A stretch of 61,599 nt of DNA from a virus. The position numbers and the translations under genes are program-made. The stretch lies in IMG/VR virus record IMGVR_UViG_3300027908_000007; one strand, 5' to 3'. Below the pieces are notes generated by a model. The model saw only the letters and a list, made by a program, of their open reading frames with translations. It was not told the origin of the DNA and ran no database searches. Positions within the stretch are counted from its first letter, which is position 1. The number at the start of each line of letters is the position of its first letter. This document shows, one piece after another, positions 38,398-48,040 of this stretch.

Positions 38398-39389
38398 TGC
38401 TGACGACGTTGGCGAATTTGATTCTGACTCCAGCAAGTCCGCCGACTAACCCGGTGTGGCTCAATCTATTGCTGACTGAAGCCGACACGGCAATCAAAAC
38501 CTTCATAGGTTACAACCCGGAATGGACGAGCTATCCGGGTGTCGGTGTCAGTGCAAGCACGACGGGGGAGTCTGGATTTTACTCTGGGCAAGATCGGCCC
38601 GACATTGTTATCAGGCAGCTTCCTTTGCTGCTGCCAAGCACCACGATTGCCGTAGGGTCCAACAATCAGGGACTGCCGCAGAGCACGATCAATGTTGCCA
38701 GTACGTCAGGGTTCAATCCGGCCGGCGGGACGTTCACGGTAGTCTTTCAGCCGAGTACGAATCCGAACGCGGCGGCGATCAACTACACGGGACTGACTTC
38801 GACAAGCTTCACGGGATGCACGACGCAGAGTACCGGGACGCTTGCGAGTGGCCAGCAAATATGGGGAATCGCCCTTTGGTTCAACCAGCAAGGCTATGGA
38901 GGTCAGGCACCGCAGGCTTTCAGTAATCAGACGCTCCTGACAACCGGGCAAGCCTACATGGTGCAGACCACAAGGCAGTTACCTTTGCCTGGAGGTGGAT
39001 CAGTAGCGGCGGCTCCCGCAGGGCTTATTCGTCGTCTGGGTAATCAGGCTTTTGTCGGGACGGGATTTCCGTATTCATTCGGAGGATGGGGCAGAAACGC
39101 GAAACTGTCTGCTCAGCAGCTTCCTCCGTGGCCTCCAGGCTACCAGAACATTCAGGTAGCGTACCAAGCAGGGTATCCGGTGATTCCGGCGGACTTGCAG
39201 TTTGCCTGCAACTTACTCGTCCAGCAAATGGTAATTAATCTACCCTTTGGCGGGGCCTTGCAGTCGCAAACTTTGGGAGCGTATTCGTATAGCCTTTTGG
39301 CTCAAGCGGCAGTCGGAATGATGCCACAGCTTGCAACGGTGTACTCGATACTTCGCCGGTACCGCGATATTTCGTTTGGAACGAACTGA
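38397..39389 (+). CDS. head-tail connector (gp6-like) candidate with an inserted domain
   Basis: Position and the N-terminal LTTLANLILTP...LLLTEADTAIKTFIGY pattern; TAATG junction. Confidence 0.4.
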   Translation: MLTTLANLILTPASPPTNPVWLNLLLTEADTAIKTFIGYNPEWTSYPGVGVSASTTGESGFYSGQDRPDIVIRQLPLLLPSTTIAVGSNNQGLPQSTINVASTSGFNPAGGTFTVVFQPSTNPNAAAINYTGLTSTSFTGCTTQSTGTLASGQQIWGIALWFNQQGYGGQAPQAFSNQTLLTTGQAYMVQTTRQLPLPGGGSVAAAPAGLIRRLGNQAFVGTGFPYSFGGWGRNAKLSAQQLPPWPPGYQNIQVAYQAGYPVIPADLQFACNLLVQQMVINLPFGGALQSQTLGAYSYSLLAQAAVGMMPQLATVYSILRRYRDISFGTN

Positions 39390-40111
39390 TGCCTAGCCCG
39401 ACTAGCATGATGGAGTCTTCTGGCTTCCTGCAAAGGGCGGCAATCGGTCGCGATACGCAACAGGGTGTCACCCAGACCTGGGAGACTATTACTCCGTCCG
39501 TGCCATGCTCGATCCAGCCAGCTAACGCCACGGTGCAATTGCTCTACAAGCAGCGAAATTCAGAGATAACGACCATCGTCTATTTGGCTCAAGACATCGG
39601 GGCACAGGTCAACGATAGGTTCGTTTACTCCAGCCCGGGAGGAGAAACCGGAACGCTGTTGATACTGGCCAACGCTCAGCAGGTGAACCGGGGAGTAGTG
39701 TGGAAGATCGACGCCAAGCAGATACCGGGGGCATTTACTCCGGTAGCCGTGGCGTTCGAGATATCCGCTCCCACCGCAGTAGGCATAGGCGAAAACTTCT
39801 CGTTCACAGTTCAGGCGGTAGACGCTCTGGGCAATCCAGTTTCGTCGTACAACGGCACGGTGGCGTTCTATGCCTTCGACGATCTTTTCGCTGTCTTGCC
39901 ATCGCCTTCGGCAATCACCAGCGGAGTTGGGACGTTCGTGGGGCAATTGAACACGTTTGGCTCACAGATACTGCTAGTTCAAGACGTGGCCAACGTGCAG
40001 ATATTTGGGCAGACGATCATAACGGTTAGCGATTCGTCACCAGACAACAATTTCGCTGGGAGCCAGTTCCAGTTCGCTGGTTCTGAATTTGACTTTGCAG
40101 GAGCAACATGA
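39389..40111 (+). CDS. head-closure / head-tail joining protein with a C-terminal Ig-like domain
   Basis: The N-terminal ~110 aa match the head-tail joining pattern (GVTQTWETITPSVPCSIQPANA...TTIVYL...NDRF). The C-terminus GENFSFTVQAVDALGNPVSSYNGTV is Big-like. Confidence 0.55.
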   Translation: MPSPTSMMESSGFLQRAAIGRDTQQGVTQTWETITPSVPCSIQPANATVQLLYKQRNSEITTIVYLAQDIGAQVNDRFVYSSPGGETGTLLILANAQQVNRGVVWKIDAKQIPGAFTPVAVAFEISAPTAVGIGENFSFTVQAVDALGNPVSSYNGTVAFYAFDDLFAVLPSPSAITSGVGTFVGQLNTFGSQILLVQDVANVQIFGQTIITVSDSSPDNNFAGSQFQFAGSEFDFAGAT

Positions 40112-42216
40112 GCCAGATTCAAACCATTCAGCTTGGCACTGCTCCTGCCGGAAGCGACGGCGATTCCAACCGCACGTCCAGCACAAAGATCAATCTGCTA
40201 CTGGGGCCATTGGTAGGGGCAAGTGGCAAGGTCGTCATGGAGGCTGGCATTCCGGCCGTTGTGACCGACCCGGCTTCGCTGCTTGTGGCGAACAACCTTA
40301 GCGACATAGCCAACGATGCCACCGCGAGGGTCAATCTAGGCGTCCCGTCTGGGTCGGGAGTCAGCACAGGGACCAACACCGGCGACCAGACGCTCAATGG
40401 ACTGCTACCATCGCAGTCCGGGCAGTCTGGAAACTTTCTGACTACAAACGGATCGAACGCAAGCTGGGCTGCTACCTCTGGTGGAGGCGGCAGTATACCT
40501 GCGGGCACGTTCGATGTTGTCGCTACCTATCACGGTTCTGGTTCTGCCCAGACGACTACTGGCAACATCAGTTCTTCCAGCAGCACTACCACGCTAACCG
40601 TCGGTAGTGCAATCGACTTCGCGATCAATCAGGGCATTTGCGTCATCGGGGCTGGGGCAGGCGGAACGAATCTTGTCACGACCATCAGCAACATTGTCGG
40701 GACTACGATAACGGTTGCCAGTCCAGCTTTGACCACGGTTGCCGGTGCAGTAGTTCAGCACGACGACACCCTTGCAATCAACACGGCCTTGGCCGCGGCT
40801 CTCACGGCAGGCGGCGGCACTGTCCTATTAAGCAACATAAACGGCGGCCGATATCGTTGCAGTGGGGCACTGAACGGCACGACTAATTCAGTGCTGACTA
40901 TTCCTCAGAACTCATCTGACGCCTCTGGCATCTACCCACACATCATTCTTAAAGGAAGCATTGAAGGGAAGTCGAACACGGTCACGGAAAGCGGATATGG
41001 CAACGTCATGCTTGACTTTCTGACCGCTCCCGCCGCTAGCGGAACGCAGCCTTCAGGTTTTGCCGTTCATGCCTTCGTAGATCCTCCCGATGGGCTGGAT
41101 ACCAACGCCAACCCCATCAGAATAGAAATTGACGAAATCTACTGGCTATTTCGTGGAAATTCAGACCTCAACGGAATCAGCCTAAATAACTCCCTGCAAG
41201 CAAGGATCGGGAACAATGTCGTTGTAACCACCCAATCTGTAAGCGGGGCCATTGTCCAGCCGACGAACCAGACGTGGGGCATCCGCATGCCCGGCCTTGG
41301 AAACAACGTCTATTCGTTTGCAGGAGCCTGCCAGGTCATTGGGTTCTATCACGGCATATGGACGGGTGAGCTTTGCGTTCTCGGTCGCCCCTACGTCATA
41401 TTTTGCGTCAATGCCTTAACCCTTGGAGGAAGCCTCCATCCAGTAATCGGGTCGATTTGCACGCAAGATAACAACCACGATGTGAACGTTCTTCAGAACA
41501 CTCCAAGCGCCCCCGTAATAGCGGTCAATTTGATCGTCGAGTCTGAAAACTTCACCTCGGGTTGGTGGAGCACCGCGACATACAACATAGTAGACCCCGG
41601 CAACTGGCTGCGTGGATTGATCCAGTACACCACCGGCTCGCAGAACGGCACGACTACAACAAATTGGACAAGGAACGGGGCTCAGCTTTGCCAGATCGTC
41701 AACAGCGCGATAGGCCAGCCGATCACTCAGACTTTCAAGGGCGACAACGCCACTAGTTCAGTCACGTTTCAGTTGCCGGTCGGCTGCACCAACCTTCGGA
41801 TCATGTTCACGGGCGGCACCGACAGCATAAGTGCAGCTCAGCTTCAGCTTCAATTTAACGGCGATACTGCGAGCCATTACGATTGGGCCATTGCTTACAA
41901 CATCAACGGAACTTGGTCCTTCACGACCGATGGCAGTGGGGCAACCACGGTTATGGCTGTCGGCAATCTTCCAGCCACCGGGGCGACCACGCCCGGCGAC
42001 ATCGTTATCGATGTGCCAGGCTACACCGGCACAGTTTTTTGGAAGGCCATCCAGTCTCGTAGCGGCACTGCCACTAATGGCTCGATTAACACGACCCAGC
42101 AAATAGCTCTTTGGCGGGGAAGCTGGCACAGCGCGGCCGCGATTACGAGCGTGACGTGCCTGGTCAACTTGGGTCACTTCGCGACCGGGAGCCTTTTAAC
42201 GGTGATTACCGAATGA
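40108..42216 (+). CDS. tail fibre / tailspike with a pectate-lyase-type beta-helix
   Basis: GDQTLNGLLPSQSGQSGNFLTTNGSNASWA fibre N-terminus, then DDTLAINTALAAALTAGGGTVLL...GRYRC (Pectate_lyase_3-like). Confidence 0.6.
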   Translation: MSQIQTIQLGTAPAGSDGDSNRTSSTKINLLLGPLVGASGKVVMEAGIPAVVTDPASLLVANNLSDIANDATARVNLGVPSGSGVSTGTNTGDQTLNGLLPSQSGQSGNFLTTNGSNASWAATSGGGGSIPAGTFDVVATYHGSGSAQTTTGNISSSSSTTTLTVGSAIDFAINQGICVIGAGAGGTNLVTTISNIVGTTITVASPALTTVAGAVVQHDDTLAINTALAAALTAGGGTVLLSNINGGRYRCSGALNGTTNSVLTIPQNSSDASGIYPHIILKGSIEGKSNTVTESGYGNVMLDFLTAPAASGTQPSGFAVHAFVDPPDGLDTNANPIRIEIDEIYWLFRGNSDLNGISLNNSLQARIGNNVVVTTQSVSGAIVQPTNQTWGIRMPGLGNNVYSFAGACQVIGFYHGIWTGELCVLGRPYVIFCVNALTLGGSLHPVIGSICTQDNNHDVNVLQNTPSAPVIAVNLIVESENFTSGWWSTATYNIVDPGNWLRGLIQYTTGSQNGTTTTNWTRNGAQLCQIVNSAIGQPITQTFKGDNATSSVTFQLPVGCTNLRIMFTGGTDSISAAQLQLQFNGDTASHYDWAIAYNINGTWSFTTDGSGATTVMAVGNLPATGATTPGDIVIDVPGYTGTVFWKAIQSRSGTATNGSINTTQQIALWRGSWHSAAAITSVTCLVNLGHFATGSLLTVITE

Positions 42217-42704
42217 AAACTCTAGCCGAAAAAGCCGCTGCTCTGGCTGCCAGAATCGACCGGGAGATTAAAGCTTCCGCCGGGAAGGGTCTGGGCAAAG
42301 CCGTGAAGTTCATCGAGGCTCGCGTGAAGGAAGCGGCCAACGTGAAGGCTCCGACACGGGAAGTGGTCGGAAGGGACGGCAGAAAGTATCTGGTGGCAAC
42401 CACCAAGGCGACTCCAGGGGCACCGCTTAGGGTGGTATCGGGCAGGTTCTTCAGGTCGATCACGAGCCAGATGGAAGACGAATTCACTGGAGTAGTGGGG
42501 AGTAATGCTCACGCGGATTTGAGCCATGCAGCCAGATTCGTGGCCGCTCTTACGGGAGAGAATACTTATGGATTCGGCTATCCAGGATATTGGGAGGTAA
42601 AGAATCCTGTCCACCAGACGTTTACCCCGACGTTCGAGCGATGGATGCCGGAAATTAAGGCGATCATCGGCGGCGACGTGAAGATTGACTTGGGGGCAGC
42701 CTGA
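42213..42704 (+). CDS. HK97 gp10-like tail-completion protein
   Basis: ORF 42111..42704 trimmed to the coupled ATG 42213. Contains APLRVVSGRFFRSIT, the family's TGxLRxSI-type motif. Confidence 0.5.
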   Translation: MKTLAEKAAALAARIDREIKASAGKGLGKAVKFIEARVKEAANVKAPTREVVGRDGRKYLVATTKATPGAPLRVVSGRFFRSITSQMEDEFTGVVGSNAHADLSHAARFVAALTGENTYGFGYPGYWEVKNPVHQTFTPTFERWMPEIKAIIGGDVKIDLGAA

Positions 42705-43192
42705 TGCCCGCTCCACTCATAATGGGTTTTTGCAACTACTTGTCTGCTCCGGGGCAGCTTAACCTCCCGGTTTACGACGGCGAGCTACCAAGATTTGACG
42801 TGGCTGGAGATCCGATAGTTTTGGGGACTACGCCAGCTTTCGCGGTGGAGATGACCGAACAGGGCATGAACCGTCTGGCTACGAGGACTTTTCTGGACCC
42901 GTACTCAGAAGAAGGGCCGTTGCAGTTCTACATATTCACGAACACGAGGAACGCTACCCAGAACGTCTTGAATCAGCTTGAGGCGTTGTTGGTGAACGCC
43001 AATAACTGGCCGTTGATTGTCTTGCCGGGAGGGCCGACAGCGAATCCGTACTACGTGCAAGATCTAGCTTGGGGTAACTGGACGAACATCCTCATGCCAA
43101 ATGTTCGCGATCAGGAAAGTAATTACATCTATCTCGGTCACGTGGTGTGCCAGGTAGTTATTCATGGAGCAATTTCTTCGGTGCAAACATGA
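42704..43192 (+). CDS. tail terminator / DUF3168-like candidate
   Basis: 162 aa; called from position and general pattern only. Confidence 0.35.
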   Translation: MPAPLIMGFCNYLSAPGQLNLPVYDGELPRFDVAGDPIVLGTTPAFAVEMTEQGMNRLATRTFLDPYSEEGPLQFYIFTNTRNATQNVLNQLEALLVNANNWPLIVLPGGPTANPYYVQDLAWGNWTNILMPNVRDQESNYIYLGHVVCQVVIHGAISSVQT

Positions 43193-43560
43193 ACGTAGGC
43201 GATAAAGTCCAATGGGTTCCCAGTATCGAGCACGCTCGGGAGGAAGTACCCGGCAAAGGCTTTGCGTGGGAACACAACATAATGGTCATCGATCCAGGCA
43301 AGGCAGAAAGAAAGGCCGTTCCCGCTTCGACGGAAAAGATTCGCAACGCCATCGAGGTCATCAAACGGGATAAGTCCCAAAAGCCTTACCTTGTGGCGGT
43401 GAAGCCGAGATTGACTTATCCTGCCACGGTGGAGGAAGTTTCTGGCGATACTGTATCGCTGGCCATTCTGAACCCGTGCAACAATGTCACGCTGCGGTAC
43501 GCTAACGTGAAGGTTGATCCGAACAAAGCCCCTGGTACTTGCCACGTGGAGGCAGAATAA
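43189..43560 (+). CDS. hypothetical tail-module protein
   Basis: ORF 43147..43560 trimmed to the coupled ATG 43189. Confidence 0.5.
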   Translation: MNVGDKVQWVPSIEHAREEVPGKGFAWEHNIMVIDPGKAERKAVPASTEKIRNAIEVIKRDKSQKPYLVAVKPRLTYPATVEEVSGDTVSLAILNPCNNVTLRYANVKVDPNKAPGTCHVEAE

Positions 43561-44108
43561 TGGCGATCTCGACTCTTAACGTAACGACAAGCCAGGGACA
43601 GAACTGGAACGCCCAGAACACGATTACCGGGCTATCGTCGACGACTGGCAATGCTGGAGCAAACACCAAGAGCCAGACGTACTCGAACGCTACCGCCAAC
43701 AATGCCTTGGGCGGTGCTGACGAGTATTTCAACTTCCTGATTACGATTGCCGGATCTGGCAATGCGACCATCGATCTGACAAACCTTATCGACATCCTTC
43801 AGACAGCAGCGGTTTCGCTGGCGAGGTTGAAGTCGTTCCAGTTTCAATTGCTCAACCTGAATGACGATCCGGTCAATGGCACGCTCTGCACAGAGATCAC
43901 GATTGGGGATGCTGCCAGCAACGCTCAGCCTTTGAACATCGGGGCGACTGGAACGTACATCATGTTCACCGGGGGAAGCTGGTCTTACTTCGATCAGACG
44001 GCCGGCGGATTCACGGTGAGTTCTTCTCTGAAGAACATCAAGATCGTCAATAACGATGCCTCGCACGCGGCGGCAGTTCGCGTGCAACTAACCGGAGGTT
44101 CGACATAA
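43560..44108 (+). CDS. hypothetical N/T/G-rich structural protein
   Basis: ORF 43539..44108 trimmed to ATG 43560 (TAATG junction). Confidence 0.5.
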   Translation: MAISTLNVTTSQGQNWNAQNTITGLSSTTGNAGANTKSQTYSNATANNALGGADEYFNFLITIAGSGNATIDLTNLIDILQTAAVSLARLKSFQFQLLNLNDDPVNGTLCTEITIGDAASNAQPLNIGATGTYIMFTGGSWSYFDQTAGGFTVSSSLKNIKIVNNDASHAAAVRVQLTGGST

Positions 44109-44534
44109 ATGGCACAGATCATTGGAACCGGCATCCAACGCTCCGGTAAAAATTCGGCGGTCATCGTCACGGCAACCACTCTTGCAATGGCCAAGTGGAC
44201 CATCACGAATAAGGGTGTGGATCTGGACACGACGAATTTCACGTCTGCCGGCTATCAGGAAGGCATCCTTGGCCCAATCGGCCTGGAGTGGTCCCTCGGT
44301 GGCCTCTGGGACGCCGGGACTAATCCCAACGCCGATCCTCCTGGTCTGTACCCTCGGGACAACCTGTCGGCCTTGCAGCTTGTCGTCAATGTGGCGGACG
44401 CAACGGCTTATGTCATGACCTTCGCCCGCGTCAGATCGGCAGTCACGGGAACTACCGTCACGACGGCAGTGGCGTTTGATGCCTCGGGGATGAACCAAGG
44501 ACCATTCACGATACCGGTTACGGAAGTGACATGA
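44109..44534 (+). CDS. tail tube protein candidate
   Basis: 141 aa, positioned two genes upstream of the chaperone pair. Pattern KWTITNKGVDLDTTNFTSAGYQEGILG. Confidence 0.5.
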   Translation: MAQIIGTGIQRSGKNSAVIVTATTLAMAKWTITNKGVDLDTTNFTSAGYQEGILGPIGLEWSLGGLWDAGTNPNADPPGLYPRDNLSALQLVVNVADATAYVMTFARVRSAVTGTTVTTAVAFDASGMNQGPFTIPVTEVT

Positions 44535-44980
44535 GTCAAAAAGGCAAGCTCTGGGACTTGGAGACAGGAGAGGAGATCCTTCGTCCGATTGAGTGGGATG
44601 AGGTCCGTGGCCTCTTTACGGCATACCAAGTCACTGCCTTCGGCAGGATCAAGACGAATGCGGCAGGCGAGCGGCTGACCTATACCGCCATTGGCAAGAT
44701 CAAATGGGAACCAGCCAAGATCAAGCTCACGCATCGGCGGGTGTCCCACTGGGGAGCGAAGTGCATGCTCTGCACGAGAGACGCTAACTGGTCGGTAGGT
44801 GACGAAACGCCGCTTCCTCCGGTGCCGCACAGAGGAAAGCTTTACCTTCAGGCCCGAACGGTGGCAGTGCGTTACTACTGCGACTTTCACTACAAGGCAC
44901 CAAGGATTCTGGACGCGAGTGGGGAAATCATGGAAACGATTGACGAAGCAGGGGGAGTAAGACCGCAATGGCACAGCTAG
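44531..44980 (+). CDS. hypothetical protein
   Basis: 149-aa ORF with an ATGA junction. Confidence 0.5.
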   Translation: MSQKGKLWDLETGEEILRPIEWDEVRGLFTAYQVTAFGRIKTNAAGERLTYTAIGKIKWEPAKIKLTHRRVSHWGAKCMLCTRDANWSVGDETPLPPVPHRGKLYLQARTVAVRYYCDFHYKAPRILDASGEIMETIDEAGGVRPQWHS

Positions 44981-45501
44981 ACACGACACAGTTAAGCGTG
45001 ACCGAACAGCTAGGCGAGCACGCGGCCAATCCGCCTTTGCCAGCGGTCGCAGACTTCATTCTGTCTGCCTTTGGAAGGCAGTGGCCGATTGCATTACTGG
45101 AGCAAAGAATCAAAGCCCAGTTTGAAACCTGGCTGCTCAAGAACGCCATGCAGGCGATCATGGACATTGAAGCCTTTGCCAATGACGCTGGGTCGGTCAA
45201 AGAGCGAACCAAGTGGCTCGAAGAAGCCGAGCGGCAACGCTCGCTCTACATGCACGGCAGGGCGGCCCAGAAGTATTCTTGGCGGGGTGAAGCTTGGCGG
45301 GCAGCCATGTCGGACATTCCCGGCAACACTTACTTCCTCTACCTGCTCTTGAAGCGTTGCGATCCTGGCATGACCTTGGAAGCTACCAAACAAATCTTCA
45401 AGGACAACCCCAAGCAGTGTGGCGAGGCAATTAGCTGGGCACTGGGAAACGACGTGGCCCCATTCGTCGGGGCGGTAAACAAAGACGCGGGAAAGGACTG
45501 A
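44968..45501 (+). CDS. tail assembly chaperone (G-like)
   Basis: Directly upstream of the tape measure. Ends 4 nt after a G GGA AAG heptamer, and the -1 frame stays open to the tape measure start. Confidence 0.75.
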   Translation: MAQLDTTQLSVTEQLGEHAANPPLPAVADFILSAFGRQWPIALLEQRIKAQFETWLLKNAMQAIMDIEAFANDAGSVKERTKWLEEAERQRSLYMHGRAAQKYSWRGEAWRAAMSDIPGNTYFLYLLLKRCDPGMTLEATKQIFKDNPKQCGEAISWALGNDVAPFVGAVNKDAGKD

Positions 45502-45797
45502 CCGACACCGAGATTGTTGCCGAACTGGTCAACAAAGGCGTCACGCTTCAGACAATAGCCGGTCTCTCGGACAGACAGATTGCTCATCTGTACTTCCGCC
45601 CTAGAGACAAATACGGCAGACTCCGACGCAAGAAGCAAAAGCACAACTATGGCAAGCTGGTGAAGATCCACAATCCTATTCGGTGGGATTTGATGTTCAA
45701 GAAAGTCTGGTCGGAACGCGGCCTGACTCCAGAGCAAGTTGAAGAGAAGTTCCGCGAGCACATGAAAAACAATCCTGATCGACGCGAGATTTGGTGA
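44968..45797 (+). CDS. tail assembly chaperone frameshift product (GT-like): 44968..45495 joined at -1 to 45495..45797
   Basis: Hand translation of the -1 frame reads GKGLTDTEIVAELVNKGVTLQTIAGLSDRQIAHLYFRPRDKYGRLRRKKQ...NPDRREIW, ending on the tape measure ATG. Confidence 0.7.
45489..45495 (+). promoter_or_regulatory. -1 programmed ribosomal frameshift slippery heptamer G GGA AAG
   Basis: GGGAAAG is in the X XXY YYZ register of ORF 44968..45501. The -1 frame has no stop for 101 codons, up to TGA 45795-45797. Confidence 0.75.
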
Positions 45798-47035
45798 TGG
45801 CATTAGGGCAAGAAGATCTGCGGTTTGTCATGACGGTGGACCCCGACACCGCCAAGATGCAGACCGCCATCAAAGATATTGGCAGGGACATGGACAATCA
45901 GGTCAAGAGCCTGAAGAGTTCGTGGGACGCCCTGTCTGCATCTGGTGCCAAACAACTCGAATCGATTGAAGCTAACCGCAGGATTTCCGAAGGTTTTGTG
46001 GCCAAGAAAATCCCTGACGTTCTGGAACTGGTGGGCGTCATCAATCTCCGCGAGGAAGCCGAGAAGAGAATCACCAAGGACATGGGTGAGCAGCTTGCTT
46101 TGATCGAGAGGATCAAAGCCGAGTCTGATCCTGACGTTCTTCGCCAGCGGGTGGCACTGGAAAAGCAGATAGCCGATGCTCGCAAGGATTATTTGGGAGC
46201 ACATAGTGCGGAGGCAGCAAGGCAAGGTCTGCCATCGTCTCCTAAGTTCGATATCTCCAATCCAATTGGCTCAATCAAAGCACTAGCTATTGCTGCTCTT
46301 GGAGAAGTCGGGGCGACTCTCGCGGCCGTTGCGACGGGAGCCGGTTCTGCCGCTTATGCTCTCAAGCTTATAGTCAGTGCCATTTCTGGTTTTGTCGCCG
46401 TAGCTTCTCCTGGTGCCTTTAGGCAATGGGAATTCGTTCTGAGAGATGTAAGCGGAGTCATCGGCCAGACATTGATTCCCGTACTCGCCTTGATGCGTGA
46501 CGGCATGCGTCTTTTCGGTGACGTATTGGCAAACATCCTTCCGAGCACGCAGGAGATGGCCCAAGCACTCGCTCCGCTTCGAGAGGCTTTTGGAGACCTC
46601 GCGAGAGATATTCGCGTTCTGCTTGCGGAAATAGGTCCGACGATCAGATACCTTGTCACGTCAGCACTAGCCAACTTGGCCACGGAGCTTTCCTTGGTTG
46701 CCAAGGCGACTGACAACGCTGTCTGGGCATTGCGGCATCTGGTCCCCATCCTTGGATTTCTCGGTGGCAGCACCGAAGCTAGGTCGTCTGTAGGGGCGGC
46801 AGCCAGGGCTGGTGGTATAGCTACGGGCGAGGCTTACCAGAGAGGGAATATTGAGGCAGCTTTGAATGCCAGTGCAGGCCAACAATCGGTGCCACGGCAG
46901 ACGCTTGGAGTGCTTGAACGGATCTTAAAAGCCATCACGGACAATCAGCAAAAGAAGGGATCTAGTTTCGCCGGCATAGCCCCGAATCAGGGATGGGACT
47001 CCCACGGCATCCGCCGAGCATTGGCGGGATTCTAA
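45797..47035 (+). CDS. tape measure protein (412 aa)
   Basis: Position after G/GT; alpha-helical, A/L/G-rich sequence with hydrophobic central segments. Confidence 0.7.
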   Translation: MALGQEDLRFVMTVDPDTAKMQTAIKDIGRDMDNQVKSLKSSWDALSASGAKQLESIEANRRISEGFVAKKIPDVLELVGVINLREEAEKRITKDMGEQLALIERIKAESDPDVLRQRVALEKQIADARKDYLGAHSAEAARQGLPSSPKFDISNPIGSIKALAIAALGEVGATLAAVATGAGSAAYALKLIVSAISGFVAVASPGAFRQWEFVLRDVSGVIGQTLIPVLALMRDGMRLFGDVLANILPSTQEMAQALAPLREAFGDLARDIRVLLAEIGPTIRYLVTSALANLATELSLVAKATDNAVWALRHLVPILGFLGGSTEARSSVGAAARAGGIATGEAYQRGNIEAALNASAGQQSVPRQTLGVLERILKAITDNQQKKGSSFAGIAPNQGWDSHGIRRALAGF

Positions 47036-48040
47036 ATGGCTGCTGCTTTTCCAGAGCTACGAATCTGGTCTAATTCCGGCCTAACCTTCCCGTGGGTATT
47101 CGCTACCGGGCCAACAGGTTCAATCTCCGATGCCAATCTAGGCCACGGTGGCTGTGCGGCTGCCGAGGTCATGCTGATCTATTTCGACGACCTGGCTGAC
47201 GCTGCCCAGCAACTCATCGGCTACTCGTGGCGTGACACAAGCACGACTCCTAGCACGCTCAGAAGGATTATCCCCTTCAAGCATCCGTTTTACACGCAGC
47301 TTTACTGCACGCGGATCGTCAAGGTGGAGGGTCTTCAGCCGGACGGAGTTTTCGACGACACGTTTGGACCCTACGAAACCTACACGCTTATGCGGCTGAC
47401 GCTTCAGTTCAGCCGGCCGAATTATGCCCTATTAGCCGATAATCAAATTCTGGACATGGACGGCAACCCTCAGGAATGGCTCCGCTACACGGATCGTTAC
47501 TGGTATCCCGACGTCCAGCTTTACTACCGTGAGTCAACGACTTTCGTTTACACCGAAGGCACCCCGTCCAGTCCGCAGCAACCTGTGCCCAGTTCAGTTG
47601 GTCTGCCGATAGCCAAGCTTGAATTAACGCGGCGGTGGTATCAGCTTCCCGAAAACGCCGTCTACACGAATACAGGATTTCCCAGCAACCTGATCTTCAA
47701 TTTCTTCGATGGCTCGAACATGTTGGAGACGCTGAACAGCACAGCGTTTCTGGGTATTCGGGCTGGGTGTTTACGGTACGTCAAGCCCGAGATACTTCCG
47801 CAGCCTTTGCCGTTGCCTCCGCAGCTTATGGGACTTCTAGACACAGAATCGTTTCAGCTTCAGTACGACGTGGTTTTCCATTTCGTGTACTTCGATCCTC
47901 CCTTGGGGTCGGGAGCGACGACGCACGGGCATAATACGCTGCCTTGGGCCGATAATCTCTGGTACTTAGCGGCGACCAAACAGAGCGGTCAGCCGCAGTT
48001 CGCCAGCAACACGATGCAGAATCTCTGGCAGATTCTATGA
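47036..48040 (+). CDS. distal tail / baseplate-type structural protein candidate
   Basis: 334-aa ORF directly after the tape measure. Confidence 0.45.
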   Translation: MAAAFPELRIWSNSGLTFPWVFATGPTGSISDANLGHGGCAAAEVMLIYFDDLADAAQQLIGYSWRDTSTTPSTLRRIIPFKHPFYTQLYCTRIVKVEGLQPDGVFDDTFGPYETYTLMRLTLQFSRPNYALLADNQILDMDGNPQEWLRYTDRYWYPDVQLYYRESTTFVYTEGTPSSPQQPVPSSVGLPIAKLELTRRWYQLPENAVYTNTGFPSNLIFNFFDGSNMLETLNSTAFLGIRAGCLRYVKPEILPQPLPLPPQLMGLLDTESFQLQYDVVFHFVYFDPPLGSGATTHGHNTLPWADNLWYLAATKQSGQPQFASNTMQNLWQIL

